A stretch of 64,000 nt of DNA from Candidatus Poribacteria bacterium (GTDB lineage Bacteria > Poribacteria > WGA-4E > WGA-3G). The notes under the pieces are model-generated. The model had not been told where the DNA came from, ran no database searches, and was given only the letters and a program-made list of their open reading frames with translations. The stretch's first letter is position 1. The number at the start of each line of letters is the position of its first letter. The position numbers and the translations under genes were made by a program. The stretch is taken from NCBI GenBank assembly GCA_964291315.2, contig OZ219753.1, positions 1,888,001 through 1,952,000 on the forward strand. The letters are read 5' to 3'. Positions 21,861 through 31,945 of this stretch are shown piece after piece.

Positions 21861-23742
21861 AGTTGCCTCCTTTCATATCGCGTGATTTCGATCTCAAACT
21901 TGACAAAACCTCAAAAAGGTGACCCTGCTTAGGGACAAACACACTATTTAAATACGTCTTTCCGTCAGCCTCCCAAAAATCAACATCTTTCTTTCTGCCC
22001 TCAAATATATCCCACTCCACAATACTCGTAGTCTCTCGCCGTAATTCAATCAACGTATCAAGGGTTAAATTGTCTCTGTTGAATAGGTAGAAAAGTTCGG
22101 ACGCTCCTGTGTCTCTATGGTGAACCTGAACGGCACCCGTCTCTTGATTTTCCGGTTTTATGTACACTGACACGGTCGGCTGCACCCATTTTCGCAGACA
22201 TCTCTCAAGTTTTACCGCTTTTTCATCGGAGGGGCCCCGGAGAATAGTCGCACGGCGTCCGTAGATCAGCCGTTCCAACGGATACGGTTCAAGTCCAATC
22301 TTGCCGTTGAGTAGATACGGCGTTGGTTCATCTGCGATCAATCGCCCCTTCGCCCTTGTGAAAGCTTTCAGGCACTGCACTGTCTCCTCCTGAAGCGATA
22401 CACAACTCGGAAGTAGAACTATGCCGTAGGCCTCTTTAGCACCGAAGCGCTTATTGTTTAGGCAGAGAACACCATTTCCAGGACCACGTCTTCCCTTGCG
22501 CAAAGAACCACCTATAATCTCTGCTGAAGCCAGTTCCCGTTCAGAAACAATCCTGAAATCGTAACCTAATTCCCAGATCCTTTGGCAGAGCCACCCCCAC
22601 GCTTTCGTTACTTGCCCCCATGATTTTCTATCCGGCTTTGTCCAAAGACTTTGTGTCGGTGCCACCATCAAAAGCGGTCTCCTCGGGTAGCCCGACGCTA
22701 ACAATTGTGATAATTTTGATAGCCGCATATCAGATCTTCCCGATCTACCTCCATTTCTGTGTATCCAGAGGTTAAAACCGAGACTCGCGTCTCTTTTCAG
22801 CGTCTGCAGATCTGTCTGCTGTGTATCCTTGCGTGAAATTCCAACGTGCCGTGTGTTGCTGCAGATCCATTTGGCAACCACAAACCGTTTTGCAGTATCT
22901 ATTTCAGTCACATTTAGAATAGGACAATCCACCTGCGCCAACATCGATCCCAATTCAAACTCCAGCGCCTGGGCACTCGCCGGCAGGCTTAAGGCAAACC
23001 GGAGTCCCTCCTGATGACAAAAATCATGTAAGCCACACAGAAAATGAGTCGCGAATCGCTCCGTTAATTCACACCAAACCTTATTCCTGACAGCCGCTGA
23101 GTTGTATGTCTCATAAAACACCAGAGGCAAATAGGCAGCGACTGTCTCTTCCGCTGTTTCCAACAACACCGGACTCCACGGGATTGAAGACGTTCCTGCT
23201 TCTAAAACGCTCATTAACGACAAAAACTTGGGTAATTCGCAACTAAAACCCACAAGATTTTGCTTTCCATAAGTCGCTAAATATCCTTTCAGCATGGATT
23301 CCACAAATCTTGAAACGCCGCTGGCGCTTAAAAGGTCTGCTATCGGTTCCTCGGTCTGGTAGAGCGTGATTAATGTCCTCCCGCGAAGCCGCTCAGCAAT
23401 TTCGAGATCCCCCGCTAGACATCTCCGAATGTAATCGCTGATATGATAGCACGGGGCATCAGCTTGTGGTTGCGCAATGAGATAGTGCCGATATACGTCT
23501 GCTTCCTGCGTCTGAGACCACTGCCGAAGTACAGATTGGATTACCGTCGTTTCCTCCGTATCTCCGAAGGTGTGTTCCAACGCATTCAAGCGATAACGGG
23601 TTTTCAATAAAGTAGACGGCAACTGAATCCACACACTTTCACCGAGTTGCCTGAGCCGCATTAATTCTGCCCTGTGTGCCGTGGGCGCCTGTCTCTTATT
23701 CCACAACAGCACGCTACTTGTATTAAAAGAATCCATCTGCAC
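21835..23742 (-). CDS. hypothetical protein, possibly degenerate GH106/GH2-like hydrolase
   Basis: ELTERFATHF..LHDFC and C-terminal GYDFRIVSE...YGIVLLP (GATase-like trimerisation domain resemblance); weak. Confidence 0.45.
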   Translation of the reverse strand: MQMDSFNTSSVLLWNKRQAPTAHRAELMRLRQLGESVWIQLPSTLLKTRYRLNALEHTFGDTEETTVIQSVLRQWSQTQEADVYRHYLIAQPQADAPCYHISDYIRRCLAGDLEIAERLRGRTLITLYQTEEPIADLLSASGVSRFVESMLKGYLATYGKQNLVGFSCELPKFLSLMSVLEAGTSSIPWSPVLLETAEETVAAYLPLVFYETYNSAAVRNKVWCELTERFATHFLCGLHDFCHQEGLRFALSLPASAQALEFELGSMLAQVDCPILNVTEIDTAKRFVVAKWICSNTRHVGISRKDTQQTDLQTLKRDASLGFNLWIHRNGGRSGRSDMRLSKLSQLLASGYPRRPLLMVAPTQSLWTKPDRKSWGQVTKAWGWLCQRIWELGYDFRIVSERELASAEIIGGSLRKGRRGPGNGVLCLNNKRFGAKEAYGIVLLPSCVSLQEETVQCLKAFTRAKGRLIADEPTPYLLNGKIGLEPYPLERLIYGRRATILRGPSDEKAVKLERCLRKWVQPTVSVYIKPENQETGAVQVHHRDTGASELFYLFNRDNLTLDTLIELRRETTSIVEWDIFEGRKKDVDFWEADGKTYLNSVFVPKQGHLFEVLSSLRSKSRDMKGGNYDGWRSFC

Positions 23743-24051
23743 AAGTGTCTACTCCTGATATAAAGCCCAGAAAATTTGCAATCCTTGAAGTTTCTATGAT
23801 ATACTTTATGATATTATGACATTGAGGTGTGCTATAGTGGATCCGCTTTCTCTTCTTAGATCGATCTCTTATCTATTAATCAGTTTAGCACACGCTTTAG
23901 AATTCATGCAATCAAAACTTTTAGGAGTCGAGAATCGGAGATCCCTCCGACAGAGGACATCGTCGCTATTTCCAAACGCTGCCTCTTGATTGACGTTACT
24001 GATAGGCGTGGTTCCCTAACCCTACTGCTTCATCTATAAAAAAGGAAAAAC

Positions 24052-25302
24052 ATGAAAACCCTCGAAAATCTGATCTCAGCGTTTTCCATCTTCCGCGCGA
24101 GTAAACTCCGCACAATTCTCACACTTTTAGCCATTACCATCGGGATAGCTGGGGTGATTGCTATGATGTCTTTTGGTGCAGGTGCCGAGAAACTGCTCAT
24201 GATGGAGATTGACAAAATCGGTGGACCCAGTATGTTTGGCGTTTATCGACCGGGGTATATCCATAAAAACGGACGCTGGCAACGCAACAACAGTCCACAC
24301 TACTTGGAAATGGACGACCTCCGTGATGTCCTAACAGACTGCCCATCTGTTGAAGTCGCTACTGTGGAAGGAAGCTACTACATCGCCCTGGGGGTTGACG
24401 GCAAATTCCAGCCGACGTATCTCCGGGCAACAACAAATGAATATCAAGCCGTTCGCGACTGGCACACACAATACGGCAGATTCCTTGCTGACACCGACAT
24501 GGACACTTGGACCAAGGTCTGTGTGATCGGCTCCAAAATCTGGAAAGAGCAATTTAAAGGACAAGACCCCATCGGCAAAGAAGTTATAATCAACAATCAT
24601 GGAAAACACAACCGTTTTACTGTCATCGGGATCATGCAGAGCCGAGGGGATGGACTAGAACCCGGAAAAAGTGACGATAACATGATCTTCATACCCATCA
24701 CAACCGCACAGAAACGGTTTTGGGGACACGATCACGTCGGACATATCATGGTCCGCGCCAAGAGCCCGCTTTTAGTCGAGCAAGCCCTCAAAGAGGTAAA
24801 GATGACTATCATGCGCAACCACGGCGGAGATGAAACCTTCTTCCGAACGTGGTCAGCGAAAAAAGGAATCGAACAATCCAAAAAAATGATCTTTATCATA
24901 GAGACGGTGCTCGTCGTCATCGCATCCATCTCTCTCATTGTAGCGGGAATCGGCATCCTTAATATTATGCTCGTCTCAGTGACAGAACGCATTCCAGAAA
25001 TCGGGCTGCGAAAAGCAGTAGGCGCAAAAAGTCTCGACATCCGACTACAGTTCCTCACAGAGTCCGTACTCTTATGCCTGATCGGCAGCCTGTTAGGGAT
25101 CGCTCTCGGCGCAGTCGTCGGCAAAGGTTTCGTGTGGATAGTCGGCCGGCTCCTACAAGATATATCCTGGCCCTCTGTGATCACACCCGAAGCTGTGCTA
25201 CTCTCTGTCTGCGCAGGCGCAGCCGTCGGCATTTTTTTCGGGTACTATCCGGCGAGCCAAGCCGCTAAAATGACCCCCATTGATGCCATTCGGCACACAT
25301 AG
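24052..25302 (+). CDS. MacB/FtsX-family ABC transporter permease
   Basis: RTILTLLAITIGIAGV, GIGILNIMLVSVTERIPEIGLRKAVGA, FFGYYPA. Confidence 0.93.
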   Translation: MKTLENLISAFSIFRASKLRTILTLLAITIGIAGVIAMMSFGAGAEKLLMMEIDKIGGPSMFGVYRPGYIHKNGRWQRNNSPHYLEMDDLRDVLTDCPSVEVATVEGSYYIALGVDGKFQPTYLRATTNEYQAVRDWHTQYGRFLADTDMDTWTKVCVIGSKIWKEQFKGQDPIGKEVIINNHGKHNRFTVIGIMQSRGDGLEPGKSDDNMIFIPITTAQKRFWGHDHVGHIMVRAKSPLLVEQALKEVKMTIMRNHGGDETFFRTWSAKKGIEQSKKMIFIIETVLVVIASISLIVAGIGILNIMLVSVTERIPEIGLRKAVGAKSLDIRLQFLTESVLLCLIGSLLGIALGAVVGKGFVWIVGRLLQDISWPSVITPEAVLLSVCAGAAVGIFFGYYPASQAAKMTPIDAIRHT

Positions 25303-25489
25303 GTTCGAAATCCCGCTGTAGTAACAACATCCAGAACAAAACCAAAAATGTGTAGACATTCCGAGAACCAGCGCACAATCTGTTCGCTTAGGTTTTCATA
25401 AATCTTGCAAGGCTCATAAGGAGTGCATCGCGTCTCTTTTAGAAGACCGCCCGCACAATCCTGAAAAAGACGAAGTGCAACAGGATAAA

Positions 25490-26620
25490 ATGAGTAACAG
25501 TACTGCACGCCCCCCGTTTCCGCATACACCCACCACACAAAGCATTAAATACATCGGTTCCAAGCTGAAGCTGATTCCCCACATCCTCCAACTCCTCAAA
25601 AAGGTGGATGCCAAAACAGTGCTCGACGGATTCTCAGGAACAACCCGCGTCTCACAAGCACTCGCTAAACTCGGGTATACTGTCATCTGCAACGATGTCG
25701 CCCCCTGGTCCAAAATCTTTGGAACTTGCTACCTCCTCAACACGAAACCGAGCGAAACCTATCAACCCCTGATCGATCACCTCAACGCCTTGGCACCTGT
25801 TAATGGATGGTTCACAGAACACTACGGAGGATACGCCAACGACGGTCACGCTGTCCAAGCCGACGGCCTAAAAAAACCGTGGCAGCTCCACAACACCCGA
25901 AAACTTGATGCAATCCGACAAGAAATCGAAAATCTTAACCTCGACCCGGTTCACAAAGCCGTTGCACTCACAAGCTTAATCCTCGCACTCGACCGGGTCG
26001 ATAGCACCCTCGGGCACTTTGCCGCCTATCTTAAAAATTGGGCACCCCGCGCCTATAGAAAACTCGTACTTAAGGTTCCAAACATCTTCACTTCAAAAAG
26101 AAACCACCAAGTTTATCAAACCGACATTTTTAAACTCGCACCACGTGTTACCGTGGACCTCGCCTACTTCGACCCACCTTACGGTTCAAACAACGAAAAA
26201 ATGCCCGCCTCCCGTGTCAGATACGCAGCATACTACCACCTCTGGAAAAGCGTCGTCTGCTTCGACAAACCCGCTCTCTTCGGCAAAGCAAAACGCAGAG
26301 AAGATACATCAGACCCCCGCGCCGCGTCTATCTTCGAAGAATTCCGACGAAATGATAACGGACGTTTCATCGCTGTTGAAGCCATTGCAACCCTCATTCA
26401 AAGGACGCAAGCACGCTGGATACTCCTATCCTACAATTCCGGCAGACGCGCTATTGCTGAACAACTCAACGCAGTCATGCAACATAGTGGAAACCTCCGC
26501 GCCGTCCTCGAACTTGACTACAAAAAAAACGCCATGGCAAATATGAAATGGACATATGAATGGACAAATACAGATGAAGAACCCAACCGAGAATACCTAT
26601 TCTTACTCGAGAAAAACTAA
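25490..26620 (+). CDS. DNA adenine methyltransferase (D12/FokI-like), orphan
   Basis: IKYIGSK, DGFSGT (motif I), YFDPPY (motif IV); start at ATG 25490 or GTG 25475. Confidence 0.88.
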   Translation: MSNSTARPPFPHTPTTQSIKYIGSKLKLIPHILQLLKKVDAKTVLDGFSGTTRVSQALAKLGYTVICNDVAPWSKIFGTCYLLNTKPSETYQPLIDHLNALAPVNGWFTEHYGGYANDGHAVQADGLKKPWQLHNTRKLDAIRQEIENLNLDPVHKAVALTSLILALDRVDSTLGHFAAYLKNWAPRAYRKLVLKVPNIFTSKRNHQVYQTDIFKLAPRVTVDLAYFDPPYGSNNEKMPASRVRYAAYYHLWKSVVCFDKPALFGKAKRREDTSDPRAASIFEEFRRNDNGRFIAVEAIATLIQRTQARWILLSYNSGRRAIAEQLNAVMQHSGNLRAVLELDYKKNAMANMKWTYEWTNTDEEPNREYLFLLEKN

Positions 26621-26708
26621 GCCGTGACCCGCTGCATTGAGAACATATATTGCAGCAAACCCTTGAATAGCATCTTTAACTTGTACAATTTTCCCAAGCT
26701 TTGCCCGC

Positions 26709-27752
26709 TTAGCGACTGATACGCACACTTCCAGCCTGCAACGCTTTTTCTGCCTCTTCTGCTGTCGCCCAATTGAAGTCGCCCGGGAAGGTGTGTGCCA
26801 GCGCCGAGTAACCCCCAGCGAAATCCACCGCCTCCTGCGTCGATCTTCCGTTCAGTAGACTATAGATCAATCCCGACGAGAAACTATCACCGCCACCCAC
26901 CCGATCCACAAGTTCCAAATCTTCATAGATACGAGACAGATAGAACTCTTCACCATCAAACAGGAGCGTCCGCCAATCGTTGAGCCAACCGGTCTTCGCA
27001 TCGCGGAGAGTTGTCCCAATCATCTCAATATTCGGGAAAGCCTCCTTGACTCGCTTCGCCATCTCTTTGTAACTGTCAGGTTCAAGCTTGCTATACGACT
27101 CGGTTGTCCCTTCCGCCGCAAAACCGAGGGATTTCTCAAAGTCTTCCTCGTTACCGATGAGAACCGAAACATATTCCATCATCGGCCGGTTCACCGCTTG
27201 CGCTTCTTCCGCACGCCAGAGTTTGGAACGAAAGTTCAAATCGTAGCTGGTTTTGAGCCCCGCCGCGCGCGCCGCCCGTAGCGCCTCTGCTGAAACAGCC
27301 GCCGCAGACACCGATAACGCAGGCGTAATGCCGCTAAGATGAAACCAGCGCGCCTCACTGAATATAGACCCCCAATCAATCTCTCCAACCTGCACATTGC
27401 AGATCGCTGAATAGCCGCGATCATAAGTGACACTACTCGCTCGCGGCCCCGCACCTAACTCAAGATGATAAAAACCGTTCCGCTCCAAGCCGATCCCATC
27501 AAAATCCACCCAAACGACGTTTGACATATCCACACCGAGCTCACGCCCTTTGTTACGGATATAGCGACCAGACCAATTATCCACAAGGCGCGATACCCAA
27601 GCAGTCCGCAAGCCAAGTTGCGAAGCGTTAACTGCAACATTCATCTCCGCACCCCCCGCCGTCATTGACAACGTGGCTGCGTTCTCAAGACGCATAAATT
27701 CAGGCGAGGTCAGACGAATCATCGCTTCCCCAAATGTGACCAAATCGTACAT
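26709..27752 (-). CDS. PfkB-family sugar kinase (KdgK-like)
   Basis: VTFGEAMIRL, GGAEMNVA, YDLNFRSKLW, DRVGGGDSF. Confidence 0.9.
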   Translation of the reverse strand: MYDLVTFGEAMIRLTSPEFMRLENAATLSMTAGGAEMNVAVNASQLGLRTAWVSRLVDNWSGRYIRNKGRELGVDMSNVVWVDFDGIGLERNGFYHLELGAGPRASSVTYDRGYSAICNVQVGEIDWGSIFSEARWFHLSGITPALSVSAAAVSAEALRAARAAGLKTSYDLNFRSKLWRAEEAQAVNRPMMEYVSVLIGNEEDFEKSLGFAAEGTTESYSKLEPDSYKEMAKRVKEAFPNIEMIGTTLRDAKTGWLNDWRTLLFDGEEFYLSRIYEDLELVDRVGGGDSFSSGLIYSLLNGRSTQEAVDFAGGYSALAHTFPGDFNWATAEEAEKALQAGSVRISR

Positions 27753-27755
27753 AGC

Positions 27756-28025
27756 TCATTCTCCTGTTACGATGTCCGTTTTATTCTCGTATTCGTGATA
27801 GAGGTCTTTTATACACGCCCCACAAAAGCAGTAGACCCGACCGTAGCCACCAACCTCTTTTTCAAGCAATTCTGTCAGCGGAAAGTCATGCTGACACATC
27901 GCACAAACTTCTATCGGGGCTTCCGGCTCAGACGCTCCTGAACCCGATTCCTGCCGAGTGGACACAAAATACAAGATTAACCAAACGGTGATAGGTATGA
28001 GAATTACAAAAATAACAAAGAGCAC
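27756..28025 (-). CDS. small membrane-anchored protein with Cys motifs (CxxC...CxCxxC)
   Basis: N-terminal TM helix; CAMC and CFCGAC; stop 3 nt before kinase start. Confidence 0.65.
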   Translation of the reverse strand: MLFVIFVILIPITVWLILYFVSTRQESGSGASEPEAPIEVCAMCQHDFPLTELLEKEVGGYGRVYCFCGACIKDLYHEYENKTDIVTGE

Positions 28026-28214
28026 ACACTGCCCCCTTCATGACAACGGACAGACACTCGTATTTCCGTTACTATAGTGGATAACCGCAAACATGTCAAC
28101 AGAATTATTTTGGCTAATTTGGAGGGATTATGCTAAAATGTTGTCAACGTTCCAAGCAGATCCACACCATAGAAATTCAACAATAAAAAACATTAACGAA
28201 TACCGAATTCACAG

Positions 28215-29354
28215 ATGCATAGAATAGCACACATAAACGTTTATCCGACTGCTGTCGGAATGAAAGATGTCTTTAATATCGGCACCGGTTTCGTCGGGAA
28301 TACCGACTCCGCAGGCGATCACGTCTTCGTCAAAATCACAACAGACGACGGCTACGTCGGATGGGGCGAACAACGCGCTCTCCCTTCATGGAGCTACGAA
28401 ACAATCCACTCCATCACAACCACTATCCGCTATCACATCGCACCACTGCTGCTCGGACGTGATCCCCTCAATCTCAACGAAATCCACCACGCCATCTATA
28501 ACGCTTTGAAGCCAGCCGTCAGCAACGGGCATCCGTTCGCCAAAGCCGCAGTAGACATCGCTTTGCAAGACCTCCGCGGACGAATCCTCGAGGTACCACT
28601 ACACGCCCTCTTCGGCGGAAAACGACACAACACACTACCGCTTTGCTACGCCCTGAGTATAGATAAACCAGAAATCATGGGCTTAAAGGCGAAAGCATTG
28701 TCACCATGCTCCTGCTTCAAAGTAAAAGTTGCAGGAAACCCGCCACAAGATGAAGAACGACTACGCGCTGTGCATGAAGCCATGCCAAATGCTAAACTCT
28801 GGATAGACGCGAATCAATCCTATACCCCCTCCAATGCACTTGAATTACTCAAGCGAGTCGCCGACATCCGCCAAATTTACTGTATGGAGCAACCCGTCGC
28901 AAGCCAGGATTGGTTCGGTATGAAGCGAGTCCGAGCGGATGCACCACTTCCAATTGCTATCGACGAAGGATGCTTCACACACTTCGACCTGGCGAAAATC
29001 GCTCATCTAGCATGTGCAGACGCTGTCGTTCTCAAACTCTGTAAATCTGGCGGTTTAGCGGACTGCCTCAAAAGCGTCCATGTCGCTGAAGCCAATGCCA
29101 TAGAACTCCTCGGCAGCGGGCTAACCGAAGCCGGAATAGGCTTTATCGCCAGTGTCCACCTCTTTTCAACGCTCAATCTGGCTCTCCCCGCCGAACTTAA
29201 CGCCCCCGCTTTTCTGGAGACCTTGGCAGTGCACGGCATCGAAATCCGTGATCACGTCGTGACAGTACCAGACGGCCCCGGACTCGGGGTTACGCCGGAT
29301 GAAGACTATATTAAAGCGAACCTCCTGAAGACTGGTGACCCCTCAGAAGGATAA
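28215..29354 (+). CDS. enolase-superfamily enzyme (muconate lactonizing / dipeptide epimerase subgroup)
   Basis: FKVKV, DAN, EQP, DEG, K..KSGG, PGLG. Confidence 0.9.
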   Translation: MHRIAHINVYPTAVGMKDVFNIGTGFVGNTDSAGDHVFVKITTDDGYVGWGEQRALPSWSYETIHSITTTIRYHIAPLLLGRDPLNLNEIHHAIYNALKPAVSNGHPFAKAAVDIALQDLRGRILEVPLHALFGGKRHNTLPLCYALSIDKPEIMGLKAKALSPCSCFKVKVAGNPPQDEERLRAVHEAMPNAKLWIDANQSYTPSNALELLKRVADIRQIYCMEQPVASQDWFGMKRVRADAPLPIAIDEGCFTHFDLAKIAHLACADAVVLKLCKSGGLADCLKSVHVAEANAIELLGSGLTEAGIGFIASVHLFSTLNLALPAELNAPAFLETLAVHGIEIRDHVVTVPDGPGLGVTPDEDYIKANLLKTGDPSEG

Positions 29355-30510
29355 ACACCTCTACCAGAATCGCAAACGCAACTCCCACCGCACAGAGCAG
29401 ATACGGACTCTGCACACCGAACCGTGAATCCGCTAATATACCACCGAAGAGCGGGCCCAACAGAATCCCGACACCCAAGATCGCTTCGTGCCACCCGCTC
29501 TTGTTCCCTTTGTCCGAATGCCGATCCAATCCGTAGTAGAGGCTGCTGAAGTAGGTGAAAGCGACAGAAACACCGATACTTCCAAACGCGAAGCTCCAGA
29601 GAAGTGTATGTTGAACGTGCCATATGCCGAGAAAGCTCACGATCGCTAACAATTGAACCACAAGGAACGGGGCAAAGCGATAGTGCCACCGAGTCGAGTA
29701 GCCCGTACCCAAAACCACAAACGCCAACGTCTGCACACCACCGAGCATCAACATCAAATTGCCAAACGTCGTTGGAAGCATTCCCGCCTCTTTGGTAAGC
29801 TTCGGAGCAAGCCGCCTTAACACACCCAGCACAAACCAAGAGGCGAAATTCGCACACCGCGCCAAGTTAAGATAAACACTCCGAACAGATGAAGACGGAT
29901 ACAACGTTTCCGGAGATTCCGATACAGCTGTCTTAGCGATACCAGAGGCACCAAAATTGCCGCTAAATATCGCCACCAACGTGAAAAGAACCGAAATCCC
30001 CGCAAGATAGAAAGGTATAAACGGATTTGTATCGCTATACAGATAACCTGATATCGCCGGACCTAAGGTAACACCGCTGCTCCAGAACAGGTTAAAGAGC
30101 ATCACCCGTTCGACCAGATGCCCCTCGCCTTCGCGCTCAGCAAGCCACGCTTCATACGCCGGCCAAAACAGCGCCATACTGATGCCAAGCGCCGGGAAAA
30201 CCATCAGGAGATGTACACTGCTTCGACACCTCGGCAGCCCGATACTCGCAACCCCTAATACCAGACACGCCGCATAAAGAACATGAGACCGTTCTATGCT
30301 ATCCGACAACCGACCGAACGGAATCGCAAACGCAGCAAAGAAGCCGGTCGTGACCGCCATCAACATACCCAAAAAGGTTGAGGAAAGCCCTAAACGACTT
30401 GTGTAAAAGGCGGCGTTCGTTAAAACACTGCTAAACGCGAAATCGATGAGCAGCACCGGAAAATAGACCGTAAACAGCTGCTTCAACTTTAGGTTTAGGT
30501 TAAGGTGCAT
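29311..30510 (-). CDS. MFS transporter
   Basis: ~12 hydrophobic segments; FGRLSD motif A-like. Confidence 0.88.
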   Translation of the reverse strand: MHLNLNLKLKQLFTVYFPVLLIDFAFSSVLTNAAFYTSRLGLSSTFLGMLMAVTTGFFAAFAIPFGRLSDSIERSHVLYAACLVLGVASIGLPRCRSSVHLLMVFPALGISMALFWPAYEAWLAEREGEGHLVERVMLFNLFWSSGVTLGPAISGYLYSDTNPFIPFYLAGISVLFTLVAIFSGNFGASGIAKTAVSESPETLYPSSSVRSVYLNLARCANFASWFVLGVLRRLAPKLTKEAGMLPTTFGNLMLMLGGVQTLAFVVLGTGYSTRWHYRFAPFLVVQLLAIVSFLGIWHVQHTLLWSFAFGSIGVSVAFTYFSSLYYGLDRHSDKGNKSGWHEAILGVGILLGPLFGGILADSRFGVQSPYLLCAVGVAFAILVEVFILLRGHQSSGGSL

Positions 30511-30534
30511 ATCTTAGCGTCCCGCACCTGACCC

Positions 30535-31527
30535 TTACGGCGTTACAATCGCTGCATCAATCATGTGATAGCCTGCTGCACCAACCGGGGCTATCTCAAG
30601 TCCAATCTCATCTTGCGTGACACCGCTCTGACCCGTCGCCCGCGCATAGATTTCGACAGGCCCAGCTTCTACGGGTACCTGCCAATCCCATTTCCAGAGC
30701 ACCCACGCGAGCGGCGTATCCTTCGCCCAAATCTCCGCCTCCTCCCACGTTTGACCGTAGTCAATGCTCACCTCGACTTTCCGGATACCACCGTGGTTCC
30801 CTGCATCGAAGGCTGCACCACTGACGGTATACACCGCACCACCGGGAATCTTTTCACCCTCGCTCGGGGTCCCAATCATCGTGGCAAGCTTCACTTGTGC
30901 GATCGGATCCCACCCCCGTTTTTCCCAATAGCTTTCATGCTCCGCTGCCAATTGAATATTGATTATCCACTTCGGGTTTTTCGTACCGTAGTTACCAGGG
31001 TTTAACAACCGAATGGGGAAGCCATGCTCTGTCGGAAGCGTGACACCGTTCATCTCATAAGCAAGCAACGTCTCTTCCTGCATCGCCTCTTCCAAGGGAA
31101 TTGCCGTATGATAGCCGTCGGCGCAACGGAAAACAACAACTTCCGCTTCAGGTTTTGGACCAGCTTTCTCAAGCAGATCACGGAGACGAACCCCCTTCCA
31201 TACCGCATTGCTCATCTGCTCCGTCCCGATGGGGTCCCCGATACACTTCAACGTCCGCATTGCCGTAACCGGCTCCATCGCTGTGAGCTCCTCAAGCCCC
31301 AACGGGCGCATCGGTTTTTCAATCAACCCCGTGATTGCCATGCGCCACGTCACACCGTCAAGCACAGCAGGATCCCCGATTTGTAGAACATAGAAGTCCC
31401 CATTCGGTGTTATAAGGGCACCCGGTTTCAGAAGCGGCATCGCCTCTGTTTCTCCCTCAACTTGAATCGGCAAAACCAACCCCGCAGCACTAATCGCGCT
31501 CAGTTTTATGAACCTTCGTCTTTTCAT
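30535..31527 (-). CDS. Tat-exported sulfite-oxidase-family molybdoenzyme
   Basis: RRRFIK twin-arginine signal; LKCIGDP Mo-ligand Cys; HGFPIRL, KNPKW. Confidence 0.88.
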   Translation of the reverse strand: MKRRRFIKLSAISAAGLVLPIQVEGETEAMPLLKPGALITPNGDFYVLQIGDPAVLDGVTWRMAITGLIEKPMRPLGLEELTAMEPVTAMRTLKCIGDPIGTEQMSNAVWKGVRLRDLLEKAGPKPEAEVVVFRCADGYHTAIPLEEAMQEETLLAYEMNGVTLPTEHGFPIRLLNPGNYGTKNPKWIINIQLAAEHESYWEKRGWDPIAQVKLATMIGTPSEGEKIPGGAVYTVSGAAFDAGNHGGIRKVEVSIDYGQTWEEAEIWAKDTPLAWVLWKWDWQVPVEAGPVEIYARATGQSGVTQDEIGLEIAPVGAAGYHMIDAAIVTP

Positions 31528-31714
31528 CTCTTCTCCTATGCGCTTGCATTCGCATCGTAATCTTTACAACACCTCGCACCATGATCACCGTACCACCACC
31601 CAAAAACAGGGGCAGCCCCCATACCCAACCCAAGAAAAAGTAGGCAATGAAGCTCACACACGTTAAAGCAATGAAGGTGTTTAGGAATCCTTTATTCTCG
31701 TACCATTTCTGCAT
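31490..31714 (-). CDS. small membrane protein
   Basis: Two hydrophobic helices, overlaps downstream gene start. Confidence 0.55.
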   Translation of the reverse strand: MQKWYENKGFLNTFIALTCVSFIAYFFLGWVWGLPLFLGGGTVIMVRGVVKITMRMQAHRRRDEKTKVHKTERD

Positions 31715-31945
31715 CTGTTTAGATATCTATTCTCTCTAATCACTATCCCGCTTTCTAGAGGAAACCAGCCTCGACTATTGCCTAAATGATACTATATCCA
31801 CGCCGGAATGTCAACAAAAACAGACTACTGATGCTTGACAATCGCGCGCGCAAAGACCCATTGTATTTTTTTTCAATATCTGGTATGTTACGCCTAACAG
31901 ATCTAAAACTGAATAAATTATGCCATCTGAAAGGACAGAACCGCC

